Program-made: the position numbers and the translations under genes | Assembly (NCBI GenBank): GCA_963740745.1 | Contig: CAVUFK010000009.1 | Location: forward strand, 184,263 to 248,262 | Length of the DNA stretch: 64,000 nucleotides | Origin: an uncultured Actinomycetota bacterium | GTDB lineage: Bacteria > Actinomycetota > Actinomycetes > Propionibacteriales > Nocardioidaceae | Direction of reading: 5' to 3' | Shown: positions 45,955 to 55,732 of the stretch, piece by piece | Layout: each line of letters begins with the position of its first letter | How positions within the stretch are numbered: position 1 is the first letter of the stretch | Notes under the pieces: generated by a model | What the model was told of the DNA's origin: nothing | The model's database searches: none | Seen by the model: only the letters and a program-made list of their open reading frames with translations

Positions 45955-47311
45955 ATGTCCCCCGCCCTTGACGATGTCCGTGGTCTGACCGCCACGCTCG
46001 TCGCGTGCCCGGTCGACGTCGGGGGTCACGACCGGGCGGCGGATGCGGAGCGGGTCGAGACGATCGCGGCGATGGAGCGGTTGAAGTCCGCGTTGTGCGC
46101 GGCCCAGGCCGACCTCGCCGTGGGGTTGGACGCCTCGGTGCGCGAGCAGGACCGGGTCGCTGGTCTCCCCGCGGCCCGTCGCGGGCGTGGGGTCGCGGCC
46201 CAGGTCGCGCTCGCCCGTCAGGAATCACCCCACCGCGCTCAGGTCCTGCTCGGGCTGGCCAAGGACCTCGCCACCGACCTGTCCTGCACCCGCGAGGCGC
46301 TCTACGACGGGTCGCTCAACGAGTTCCGAGCGATGATCGTGGCCCGTGAGAGCGCCATCCTCGAGCGCGAGGACCGCGCCCGCGTCGACGAGGACATCTG
46401 CGGCACGGCGACTGGCGGGGGCCGACCGGGTCTCGACGGTGTCGGCACCAAGCGCCTCGTGGGGGAGCTGCGCAAGCGCTGCTACGCCCTGGACCCCGCC
46501 AGTGTCGTGCGCCGTGCACGCAAGGCCGAGACCGAGCGACGCGTGAGCACCCGGCCCGCACCCGACGCGATGGCCTACCTGACCGGGCTGCTGCCGATGG
46601 TCCAGGCCATCACCGCCCAGGTCGCGCTCGGCCGCGAGGCCGACCGGTTGCGATCCGAGGGCGACCCGAGGACCCGCGGCCAGCTGATGGCCGACCTGAT
46701 GGTCGAGCGCCTCACCGGACAGACCGCCGCGACCGCGGTCCCGGTCAGCCTCGGGGTCGTGATGTCGGATGCGAGTCTCCTCGGCGCCGGCCACGAACCC
46801 GCCGTCGTCCCCGGCTGGGGGCCCGTGCCCGCCCAGATCGCCCGCGAGGCCATCGCCCGCGCCAGCGAGGACACGCAGGCCTGGATCCGGCGTCTCTACG
46901 CCGACCCCACCGGCAACCTCGTCGCCCTGAGCACCCAGCAGCGTCTCGTCACCGACGGGATCGGCGCCTACCTCCAGGCCCGCGACCAGGGCCTGTGCCG
47001 CACCCCTTGGTGCGACGCCCCCACCCGACACGCCGACCACATCGTCCCCGCCGGTCGACGGCGGCCCCACGACCGCCGAGAACCCCAGGGCCTGTGCGAG
47101 GCCTGCAACCACACCAAACAAGCCCGCGGCTGGACCCACCAGGTCGTCGACGACCTCGTCGCCCGGCACACCGTCGAGACGACCACCCCCACCGGGCACC
47201 GACACCGGTCCCGCGCACCCACACCCACCCACACCGGCACCGAAGCCACCACGGCGGGCGGTGGCGATGGACGTCCAGTGGGCCAGTGATCGCTGGGTGT
47301 ACGCCGCCTGA
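45955..47311 (+). CDS. DUF222 / 13E12-repeat HNH endonuclease (small indels near 47053, 47085 and ~47230)
   Basis: ERLKSA..AAQA, VALAR.ESP, RRVS.RPAPD.M, RT.GQLMAD, CRTPWCDAP..H.DH...GLCEACN..K; probable true end ...MDVQWASDRWVYAA* at 47311. Confidence 0.88.
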
Positions 47312-47337
47312 TCGCTGGTCGGCGGCCGCGACCCGTG

Positions 47338-48063
47338 CTACATCCCCTGAGGAGTGGCTGCGACCCGGTCGAGCCAGTCGATCAGCAGCTGTTGCTCGGA
47401 GTGGCTGAGCCCCTCGAGCTGGGGGGCGATTGCGCGGAGGGCGATCGCGATGGTGACCGCACCATTCGGTACCTCGGTCGAGGCGTCGGTGAGGATGCGT
47501 CCGAGCACGGCCTCGAGCATCACGTCTCCGAGCTCGGGATCGCGTTGGTCGACCGGCCTCGACAGCTGAGCCTGGATGGTGCCGACGCCGGCGGCCTGGA
47601 TCAGGTCGACGGCTCGTTGCTCGCTGACCCGCAGCCGCCCGGTCATCGCCAGACGGTGCACCCGGGCCGCGAGGACCGCTCTGCCCGCGCTGGCCGCCGG
47701 GGAGGCGACGACCCGGTCGGGGTCGCTGAGGAGCCGGAAGACCGCGGGATTGGTCATCCCGAAGCTGATCTGCTGGTGCCAGCTGGTCCTCAGGTCGTCG
47801 AGGGGGTCGAGGTCGGCGGCGGTCGCCGCTTCGACGGCGGTCGTCTTGACGGCGACGAAGTCGGCCATGACGTGCTCGGCGACAGCCTCGAGCAGGCCGT
47901 CCTTGTCGCCGAACAACCGATAGATCGTCGGGGCCTGGACGCCGGCCGTCTCCGCGACGCCTCGGGTGGTGACGGCCGTCGACCCGCCCTCGCGCAGCAG
48001 GTCCGCGGCCGCCTCGACGATGGCAGCCCGCGTGTCCGTACGAGTCGCTCTCGCCGCAGCCAT
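47338..48063 (-). CDS. TetR family regulator
   Basis: [31 protein letters not shown]. Confidence 0.93.
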   Translation of the reverse strand: MAAARATRTDTRAAIVEAAADLLREGGSTAVTTRGVAETAGVQAPTIYRLFGDKDGLLEAVAEHVMADFVAVKTTAVEAATAADLDPLDDLRTSWHQQISFGMTNPAVFRLLSDPDRVVASPAASAGRAVLAARVHRLAMTGRLRVSEQRAVDLIQAAGVGTIQAQLSRPVDQRDPELGDVMLEAVLGRILTDASTEVPNGAVTIAIALRAIAPQLEGLSHSEQQLLIDWLDRVAATPQGM

Positions 48064-48148
48064 GGATCAACGATAACAGCGGCTTGATATCGGAGTTCTG
48101 CTGACCTACCGTCGCAGTGTTTCCATCGATAACACGGAGGGCTTGCCC

Positions 48149-48991
48149 ATGATCATCATCACTGGAGCGACCGGCTCGCTGAATGGCGCGACCGTCGACC
48201 ACCTGCTCGAGCTCGTCCCGGCGAGCGAGGTCGGCGTCGCCGTGCGCGACGTCGCGAAGGCCGCGCATCTCGCTGCGCGCGGCATCGAGGTGCGACGCGC
48301 CGACTACGCCGACCCCGCTACGCTCCCGGCTGCGTTCGAGGGTGCCGACCAGGTCCTGCTCGTGTCCTCGAGCGACCCGACCGCGGACGCGGTGAGCCTG
48401 CACCGCGCGGCGATCGATGCGGCCGTCGGCGTCGGCGTAGGACGGGTCCTCTACACCAGCCACCAGGCGGCGGCAGCCGACAACCCGTTCTCTCCAGGTC
48501 GCGACCACTTCGCGACCGAGCAGCTGCTGGAGGATTCGGGGGTCCCGTGGACGTCGCTGCGCAACGGGTTCTACGCGCACAGCCTCGCGTGGCTGGCCGG
48601 ACCCTGGCGCGAGACCGGCGTGATGGCGGTCCCCGGCGACGGGCCGGTGTCGTGGACGGCTCGCGAGGACTCGGCAAGGGCGGCAGCCCTCGTCCTCGCC
48701 TCCGACGGCGCCTACTCCGGGCCGACGACCATCACCGCACCCGCGGCGCCGACGTTCGCTGAGCTGGCCGAGATCGCATCCGCGATCACGGGCCGGACCA
48801 TCCGGTGCGAGGTCATGGACGAACAGGACTGGGCAACGGCACAGACCGCGGCCGGCAGGCCCGAGCACATGACGGGCTTCCTGCTCGGGTTCTACCGAGC
48901 CGCGCGGGGCGGCTACTTCGCCGGCACCGACCCGTTGCTCGGCGAGCTGCTCGGGCACGAGCCGCAGAGCGCCGGCGAAGCCCTCGTCTGA
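48149..48991 (+). CDS. NmrA/NAD(P)H-binding oxidoreductase (QOR2-like)
   Basis: ITGATGSL, RRADY.DP, YTS, H..TE..L, LRNGFY; GGAGG SD. Confidence 0.9.
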   Translation: MIIITGATGSLNGATVDHLLELVPASEVGVAVRDVAKAAHLAARGIEVRRADYADPATLPAAFEGADQVLLVSSSDPTADAVSLHRAAIDAAVGVGVGRVLYTSHQAAAADNPFSPGRDHFATEQLLEDSGVPWTSLRNGFYAHSLAWLAGPWRETGVMAVPGDGPVSWTAREDSARAAALVLASDGAYSGPTTITAPAAPTFAELAEIASAITGRTIRCEVMDEQDWATAQTAAGRPEHMTGFLLGFYRAARGGYFAGTDPLLGELLGHEPQSAGEALV

Positions 48992-49278
48992 GCGGGCGAG
49001 GACACGAGGACTCGGGAGGGGTGGCCGGTGCGGCGGCCGTGGATGCCGATCCCTGTACCAGGCGCGGGCGCCTCGATCGCGCCGTACGACGCACCCGCTC
49101 CTGGCTCGCCGGGCTCACTGCTGCTCGTCGGTTACGAGCTCCGACCCGGGGTCGACATCGCAGTGCGCCCCGAGCTGTTCCCTGAGGGTTAGGCCTGTCG
49201 CGATCCTGCGCAGGCGCGGCATGCTGGCGTCCTCAGGCAGGGGTGGACGCCGGGTCCGCCGCCGCGAGAGGAGCAGCG

Positions 49279-49638
49279 ATGGCCGAGTACCTCATCTTCT
49301 TCAACCAGCAGTGGGTCGGTGACCACGACGAGGAGTGGTTCCGCGGACGCGGGGCGACGTCCCGGGCGGTCATCGAGGACATGAGGGCCGCGGGCGCGCT
49401 GGTCTACGCCGCCGGGCTCGTCGAGGACCGGGACCAGGCCTTCAGCGCCGACGAGACCAGCGGCACGCTGAAGTTCACCGACGGGCCGTTCACCGAGAGC
49501 GAGGAGTGGCTCGGCGGGTTCACCATCATCGACGTGGAGACCGAGGAGCAGGCCCGCTACTGGGGCGGACGGGTCGCGGAGGGGTGTGGCTGGCCGCAGG
49601 AGGTCCGACCGATCGCGGGCGGCTCCATGCGCGGCTGA
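49279..49638 (+). CDS. YciI family protein
   Basis: TDGPF.ES.EWLGGFTIIDV...A..W...EVRP. Confidence 0.88.
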   Translation: MAEYLIFFNQQWVGDHDEEWFRGRGATSRAVIEDMRAAGALVYAAGLVEDRDQAFSADETSGTLKFTDGPFTESEEWLGGFTIIDVETEEQARYWGGRVAEGCGWPQEVRPIAGGSMRG

Positions 49639-49686
49639 CCGGTCCTCGGAGCGACCCCCGGTGACGCTGTCGATGCGCAGGCGGTC

Positions 49687-50592
49687 TCAGCCCGCCGCTC
49701 GCTTGAGGATGTCGGGTGGGAACGCGCCGGCCTCGATGCAGTGCGTCCCCCACACGTCGAGCTGCTCGCACACCTCGTCGAGCCGGTCACCGAGCGCGTC
49801 CACGATCGACTGTTCCTGAGCATCCGTGTCGTCCTCGATCGAGTCCCGCGTTGCTCGCCCGGCCTCGGTGAGCGCCCCGTCGTCGACGAGCCCGCGTGAG
49901 GTGAGCGAGTCGACGGCCTGCTCCATGACCTCGGGGGACCAGCCACGCGTGGCGGTGTACGACAGCTGCGGCATGCCGACCCACAGCTCGGTGAGGACGT
50001 TCATCTCGACCGGGCCCAAGCCGGCGAGATTGGCGGCCGCTACGTGGCTGTCGCCGCGGTGCTCGCGGACGAGGTCGCAGGCCCACCACAGCCGGTGCAC
50101 CGGGTCGATCGGGCGACCGCACTGGAGCAGGCCGCTGAAGAGCGGCCGACCGGTGCCCGAGGCGCCTTCCGCGGCCGCCGCCAGCAGGTCAGCCATCTCG
50201 GTGGGGTCGTGGTCACCCAACGCGGCACGGAGGCTCGCGACGGTTGCCTCGTCGCGGACCGAGACCAGCTGCGTGTGAGGTAGGGCGGCGCTCGCGGCGT
50301 CGTACAGCGCGGCGACCAGGCCCGGCTCGAACCACGCGAAGGCGCTGGCGACCACGGCGCCCTTCGGCTGACCCAACGAGGTCGCGCGCCCACCGACGTA
50401 GCTGCTCATGAAGTCGAGTCCGTGCTCGGCCAGCGCGGCGTTGGTGCCGGCGCTCCACACGGCGTGCATGGCCACCGGCTCGCACGCGTCGCGCAACCGC
50501 CGAGCGGGGCTCGCCCCGGCGACGACGTCCGGGACGGGGGTGCCCTCCGGCCGCGGGACGAAAGCTGAGGCGATGACGTCGGCGTAGTCCAT
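49687..50592 (-). CDS. SalK/SCO6745-like protein
   Basis: YVGGRA..LG, F..FEP..V, GRPLF.G, REHRGDSH, RGW, LT.AG...R..IE..TD. Confidence 0.82.
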   Translation of the reverse strand: MDYADVIASAFVPRPEGTPVPDVVAGASPARRLRDACEPVAMHAVWSAGTNAALAEHGLDFMSSYVGGRATSLGQPKGAVVASAFAWFEPGLVAALYDAASAALPHTQLVSVRDEATVASLRAALGDHDPTEMADLLAAAAEGASGTGRPLFSGLLQCGRPIDPVHRLWWACDLVREHRGDSHVAAANLAGLGPVEMNVLTELWVGMPQLSYTATRGWSPEVMEQAVDSLTSRGLVDDGALTEAGRATRDSIEDDTDAQEQSIVDALGDRLDEVCEQLDVWGTHCIEAGAFPPDILKRAAG

Positions 50593-50669
50593 AGGGCACT
50601 GTCGCAGACCGGACGGCTCGCGGCGCGGCCCGATTTCTACTCGCGGGTAACCCAATGAGACCATGCCCC

Positions 50670-51974
50670 ATGAGCGAGCGCGCGTTCGACTGGACGGTCC
50701 CGCACACCGACGAGCGAACCGACCGCCGGCCGCTGCGGCCCGGCGTCGACGCGTTCTACGACGCACCGACCGACATCGCCGCCCTGGCGCCCGGCACGAT
50801 CGTTCGCAGCCGGCAGGTGCAGATCGCGTTCCTGGGGCTCGTCACCCAGCGCGGGCTGACCGCGTGGCAGCTGGCCTACCGCAGCACCGACCTCCACGGC
50901 GAGGCCGAGGTCGCGGTGACCACGGTCCTCGTGCCGCGCGGGCACGACCCGCAGCGCCCCCAGCGGCTCGTGGCCTACCAGTGTGCGATCGACGCCGTGT
51001 CCGACCGGTGCTTCCCGTCGTACGCCCTGCGACCGGGGGCCCGGGCGTGGGGGGCGCTGCCGCAGATCGAGCTGACGGTCGTCGCCGGGCTGCTCGACCA
51101 GGGGTACGTCGTCAGCCTCTGCGACCACGAGGGACGCCACGGCTACTTCGCCGCGCCGCGCGAGCCGGGCTACCGGGTGCTCGACGGCATCCGCGCCGCG
51201 ATCGCGTACCCGCCCACCGGGATGACCCTGCAGACGCCCGTCGGGCTGTTCGGCTACTCCGGCGGTGGCATGGCCTCGTCGTGGGCGGCGGAGATGGCGC
51301 CGCGGTACGCCAGCGAGATCCGGCTCGTGGGGGCCGTCCTGGGCTCGCCGGTCGGGGACCCCGGCGAGGCCTTCATCAAGCTCAACGGTGGGCTGAACGC
51401 GGGCCTGCCCGCCCTCGTCGTGTCCGGCCTGCGCGACGCCTACCCCGGTCTCGGCAAGGTCGTGCGCCGCTACACCCACGCCCAGGGCATCAAGCGCCTG
51501 GACCGGCTCCAGGAGATGACGACGACGGAGGCCGTGGTGCGCTTCGCGTTCGACGACTTCGACGACTTCGTCGACCCGCCGCTGGCCGACGTCCTCGCCG
51601 AGCCCGAGGTGGTCGAGGTCTTCGCCGACCTGAAGCTCGGCCTCACCGCTCCGCAGTGCCCGGTCCTGGTCGTGCAGTCGGTGCTGGACCAGATCATCGA
51701 CGTCGCGGACGTCGACGGGCAGGTCGCGCGGTACGTCGATGCGGGCGTCGACGTGACCTACGTGCGCGACCGGCTCAGCGAGCACATCTCGCTGATGGTC
51801 CTCGCCCTGCCGGCGATGATGACCTGGCTCGCGAAGCGCTTCGAGGACGACGCGGCGCCCGTCACGACGGGCACCCGCACCGTGGCCTCGATGGCGCTCT
51901 CGCCGCGGACGTGGCCGGGGTTCGTCCGGATGTCCGTCGCTGCTGTGAAGACGGCGACCGGCCGCGCCGGCTGA
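50670..51974 (+). CDS. Secretory lipase (LIP family)
   Basis: QLAYRSTD, YQCAID, DHEG, LDGIRAA, GYSGGG, EH. Confidence 0.9.
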   Translation: MSERAFDWTVPHTDERTDRRPLRPGVDAFYDAPTDIAALAPGTIVRSRQVQIAFLGLVTQRGLTAWQLAYRSTDLHGEAEVAVTTVLVPRGHDPQRPQRLVAYQCAIDAVSDRCFPSYALRPGARAWGALPQIELTVVAGLLDQGYVVSLCDHEGRHGYFAAPREPGYRVLDGIRAAIAYPPTGMTLQTPVGLFGYSGGGMASSWAAEMAPRYASEIRLVGAVLGSPVGDPGEAFIKLNGGLNAGLPALVVSGLRDAYPGLGKVVRRYTHAQGIKRLDRLQEMTTTEAVVRFAFDDFDDFVDPPLADVLAEPEVVEVFADLKLGLTAPQCPVLVVQSVLDQIIDVADVDGQVARYVDAGVDVTYVRDRLSEHISLMVLALPAMMTWLAKRFEDDAAPVTTGTRTVASMALSPRTWPGFVRMSVAAVKTATGRAG

Positions 51975-52112
51975 CGGCGTACCCGGCTTGCAACGGCGGC
52001 GCAGCGAGGGTGACCCCGAGCCCGACTCAGGGTCGGGCCGGGGTCGGTTCAGGGCAGGATGAGGGGTGGCACCCGATGTGCCGACCGGCCCCGGGGCGTG
52101 AGGCTCGGAGCC

Positions 52113-53012
52113 ATGATCACTGTTGACTCACTGACTCGGAGGTACGCCGGCTTCACCGCCGTCGATGACGTCTCCTTCACCGCCCAGCCCGGTCGCGTGA
52201 CCGGCTTCCTCGGCCCGAACGGCGCTGGCAAGTCCACCACGATGCGCGTCATGGTCGGCCTGACCGCCCCGACGTCCGGCTCGGCCACCATCGACGGGGT
52301 CCGCTTCGCCGACCTCCCCAACCCCGGCCTCGAGGTCGGTGTCCTCCTCGACGCCTCCGCCCAGCACGCCGGGCGCACCGGCCGCGAGATCCTCACCGTC
52401 GCCGCCGAGACGATGCGGCTCCCACGGACCCGGGTGGGGGAGATGCTCGAGCTCGTCAGCCTGACGCCGAAGGAGTCCAGGCGGCGGGTCCGCCACTACT
52501 CACTCGGCATGCGCCAGCGACTCGGCATCGCCACCGCGCTGCTGGGTGACCCCCGCGTGCTGATCCTCGACGAGCCCGCCAACGGCCTCGACCCGGCCGG
52601 CATCCGCTGGATGCGTGACCTGCTGCGCGGCTACGCCGACACCGGCGGCACGGTGCTGCTGTCCTCGCACCTCCTGCACGAGATCGAGGTCATCGCCGAT
52701 GACCTGGTCGTGATCGGCCACGGCAGGATCGTCGCGTCCGGAACCAAGGAGGAGCTGCTCGCTGCGGCCGGCACCCTGGCCCGCGCCACGTCACCGGCCG
52801 ACCTCGCGCACGCCCTCGAGCGGGCCGGCATCGCCACCACCCTCGCCGGCGACGGCTCCGTGCGCACCGACGCCGACCCCGCCCGGGTGGGCGACGTCGC
52901 CCTGGCCGCCGGCATCGCCCTGACCGAGCTCCGCTCCGCCGAAGGCGCGGGCCTCGAAGACATGTTCCTCTCACTCACTGCCGAGACCCAACGCGAAGGA
53001 GCTGCGGCATGA
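52113..53012 (+). CDS. ABC-2 type exporter ATP-binding protein
   Basis: GPNGAGKST, YSLGMRQRLGIA, LDEPANGLDP, SSH. Confidence 0.94.
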   Translation: MITVDSLTRRYAGFTAVDDVSFTAQPGRVTGFLGPNGAGKSTTMRVMVGLTAPTSGSATIDGVRFADLPNPGLEVGVLLDASAQHAGRTGREILTVAAETMRLPRTRVGEMLELVSLTPKESRRRVRHYSLGMRQRLGIATALLGDPRVLILDEPANGLDPAGIRWMRDLLRGYADTGGTVLLSSHLLHEIEVIADDLVVIGHGRIVASGTKEELLAAAGTLARATSPADLAHALERAGIATTLAGDGSVRTDADPARVGDVALAAGIALTELRSAEGAGLEDMFLSLTAETQREGAAA

Positions 53013-53863
53013 CCGCCACGACCGCCTCACCCACGACCGCCTCACCCACGACCGGCACCCACACGACCAGCGCCCACCAGACTGCGACCGACCCGCCCCG
53101 TCAGTCCGCCCGGCCCATCTCGACGACACGCCTGGTCACGGTCGAGCTCCGCAAGATGTTCAACACCCGCTCGGGCTTCTGGCTGCTGCTCAGCATCGGC
53201 GTCCTCTCGGTCGCCGCGACCGGAGCGGTCATCATCTTCGCCCCCGACGAGGCGGTCACCTACACGAGCTTCGCGACCGCGATCGGCCTGCCGATGTCGG
53301 TGATCCTGCCGATCATCGCGATCCTCGGCGTCACCAGCGAGTGGAGCCAGCGCAGCGGGCTGACGACCTTCACCCTCGTGCCTGGTCGCGGCCGGGTGAT
53401 CGCTGCCAAGGCGGTCGCGACCTTCCTGGTCGGCGTCGTCTCGATGGTCCTCGCCTTCGCCGTCGGGGCCCTGGGCAACCTGGCCGGCTCCGCGCTCGCC
53501 GGGGTCGACACGGTCTGGGACATCTCACTCACCACGGCGCCCCAGATCGTGCTCGGTGACCTCGTCGGGATGGCGATCGGGTTCACCCTGGGCGTCGTGC
53601 TGCGCAACTCCGCCGCAGCCATCGTCGGCTACTTCGTCGTCTCTCTCGTGCTGCCGGGCATCCTCGGCCTGCTCGCCCAGGTGCGCGAGTGGTTCCTGGA
53701 CCTGCAGCCGTGGATCGACTGGAACTACACCCAGGTCACCCTCTTCGACGGCGCCACGAACACCGCCAGAGAGTGGGCCATGCTCGCCTCGACCACCACG
53801 ATCTGGATCGTGCTGCCACTGGTCGTCGGGCTGCTGTTCCTGCGCCGCTCCGAGGTGAAGTAG
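53009..53863 (+). CDS. ABC-2 type exporter permease
   Basis: VELRKMFNTRSG, TSEWSQRS.LTTF.LVP.R, 6 TM segments; 15-bp tandem repeat (TASPT twice) at 53016-53045. Confidence 0.92.
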   Translation: MTATTASPTTASPTTGTHTTSAHQTATDPPRQSARPISTTRLVTVELRKMFNTRSGFWLLLSIGVLSVAATGAVIIFAPDEAVTYTSFATAIGLPMSVILPIIAILGVTSEWSQRSGLTTFTLVPGRGRVIAAKAVATFLVGVVSMVLAFAVGALGNLAGSALAGVDTVWDISLTTAPQIVLGDLVGMAIGFTLGVVLRNSAAAIVGYFVVSLVLPGILGLLAQVREWFLDLQPWIDWNYTQVTLFDGATNTAREWAMLASTTTIWIVLPLVVGLLFLRRSEVK

Positions 53864-54113
53864 TGGGTCAGAGGCCCATCAGGGGTGCGTCCCTCGGCAA
53901 TAGCGCGTCCGCGTTGCGGCCTGGACTCGCGGCGGCGGGACCGTAGGCGTTTCGCGGCGGATTGACGCAGGTCTTGTTCGCACGGATCAAGGCATGAGCT
54001 CACAGATGTTGAACGGGTACCGGGCCCGAGTTTCAGGTCACGGCTCCGCGGGTCGGTCGCCTCTTAGATCAACCCCTCCGCAACTGCGGCTCCCGTAACA
54101 GCTAGGGCCTCAA

Positions 54114-54527
54114 CTACCCGATCGCGGTCTGTGCGACCTTCACGCCACCCCACAGCGCGACGGACAGCAGAATGGTATTGGCCAGGCCGATGACAACACG
54201 GCGAAAGAGCTCCCATTTGTCCAGTTTGGGGCCGGCCTTGCCCTGTGCACGGGCGTCCGAGACACCCCATAGAACCACGACGAAGCCGCAGATGATCGCT
54301 ACGACGATGACGGTTCCGGCAGTGGGTTGACTGCCTGTTGCGGCCGCATACATCGTTAGCGCAGCCGCACCGACCGAAGTGATAAGCGGGAATGTCAAAC
54401 TCTCCCCGGATAGGTAGGTTGGGACCGCCGCGGCTGCCTTTGCGGGTGCGTTGCCCTTGTCGTCCGGCGGCGCACCACCCCCCGTACCTGCGCCGTCTTG
54501 GGCTACGTCTGTGCTTGCGATTCCCAC
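54114..54527 (-). CDS. Hypothetical 3-TM membrane protein (islet)
   Basis: AGGAGG SD before GTG; three hydrophobic segments; atypical codon usage. Confidence 0.7.
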   Translation of the reverse strand: MGIASTDVAQDGAGTGGGAPPDDKGNAPAKAAAAVPTYLSGESLTFPLITSVGAAALTMYAAATGSQPTAGTVIVVAIICGFVVVLWGVSDARAQGKAGPKLDKWELFRRVVIGLANTILLSVALWGGVKVAQTAIG

Positions 54528-55082
54528 GGCAGCCTCCTAGGGGTGTCCTGATCTGAAGGTACTGCTGACGGAGCGGCTTGCCAATGGATCAATTCCTGGG
54601 CGCTTACGTCAGCCGGCCGCGTAGGCGCCGGTGCACAGAGCGCCGCTGGGGCCCGGACGGCCCGAAGTCACAAGTCGCAATCCGCTGTCACGCTCTGGCG
54701 GCGCGGCCGGTCCGGCGGTCGTCATCCACGCCATCGCCATCCACTGACCCAGCGTCTTATGGTCCCGTCCAGAACCGCTCAGGACGACGCCGGGCGAAAC
54801 GCGGGGCAGGACGACCTGGTGTCGACCTGGTGCCAGCGGCACGGAGTGTCTATCGGTGAATGACCCGTTCTGGTCCGGCCATGCCCGGGATCACCCGCAC
54901 AAGGTCGAGGCGTCGTCGCATCGGTGCGGCTCGAGGGACCATGACCTCTGGCAGGTATTTCCTCGGTCGGGCGACTCGGCATGCCCTGGTTCTTGACGTT
55001 TGGTTGCCACGCACCCCAGCATCGAGAGAGTGGATGGGGCCCGCGCCCTACCCCTTCCGCCCCGGAGCAGGTGAGTGACCTC

Positions 55083-55718
55083 ATGGCAGATGAACGCAAG
55101 GTTTTTCCGCGAGACTGGCTCGAGCCCCGCCGGGTTGACCCTGCCGACGGCGGTGAGCCGGGGCCGTGCGATGTGACCTCAGGTCAGCGGGACGAGGCCC
55201 CCGCGGCGGCGGATCCCGAAGCGAAGGGTCCCCGGGCGGGCGGGCGCCGAGCCGCAGCCACGATTCGACGCGGCGGGGGGACGCTAGCTCGACGTGCTGG
55301 CCGGGCGGCTACTGCGTTCGCTCGCGACGAACGCGCTGTTGCGGCCGCCAAGCGGGGCGTAAAGTTTGCTGCCCTCGGGGTTGCTGCCGTCGCAGCGCAG
55401 AGACAAGCCGCGCAGCACACCGCCGACCGACGGCTCGCGGCGAGCTTCGACGAAGCCTTGTACAACCCGCCGTCAGATGCACGTCCCGAAACCTGGGGTA
55501 GACCAACGCCTCAGACCGCCGCGACTCCTCGCGCCGGGTCGTGGCTCGAAGCGCTGACCGACACCGGGAAGCGGACCGGGTCATCAGGTGTCGCGAGCAC
55601 CGCAGTTCCGGGCCACGAGGACGAGGCGTGGCAGGTGCTGCCTCCCTCACCCGGCGCGTTGCAGAGCATGATCGCCAGCCGGATCAGCGCCGCCAACAGC
55701 ATCCGATTCAAAGCCTGA
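55083..55718 (+). CDS. Hypothetical protein (islet)
   Basis: 211-aa ORF ending 14 nt before the next gene; low-complexity termini and a central Ala/Arg-rich helix with a hydrophobic patch. Confidence 0.55.
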   Translation: MADERKVFPRDWLEPRRVDPADGGEPGPCDVTSGQRDEAPAAADPEAKGPRAGGRRAAATIRRGGGTLARRAGRAATAFARDERAVAAAKRGVKFAALGVAAVAAQRQAAQHTADRRLAASFDEALYNPPSDARPETWGRPTPQTAATPRAGSWLEALTDTGKRTGSSGVASTAVPGHEDEAWQVLPPSPGALQSMIASRISAANSIRFKA

Positions 55719-55732
55719 GCCAGGCGGCGCAC

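Noticed and set aside
48992-49278. Short ORF (MPIPVPGAGAS...ELFPEG) between the oxidoreductase and yciI
   Set aside because: Weak codon bias, no clear SD and no motif; could be debris but cannot be supported.
52013-52080. Inverted and direct repeats upstream of the ABC exporter
   Set aside because: Could be a terminator or a response-regulator site, but imperfect, and no cognate regulator is adjacent; not assignable.
54528-55082. Small ORFs or an ncRNA in the long islet intergenic region
   Set aside because: The ORFs are short, overlapping and lack coding bias; no convincing RNA structure was identifiable by eye.
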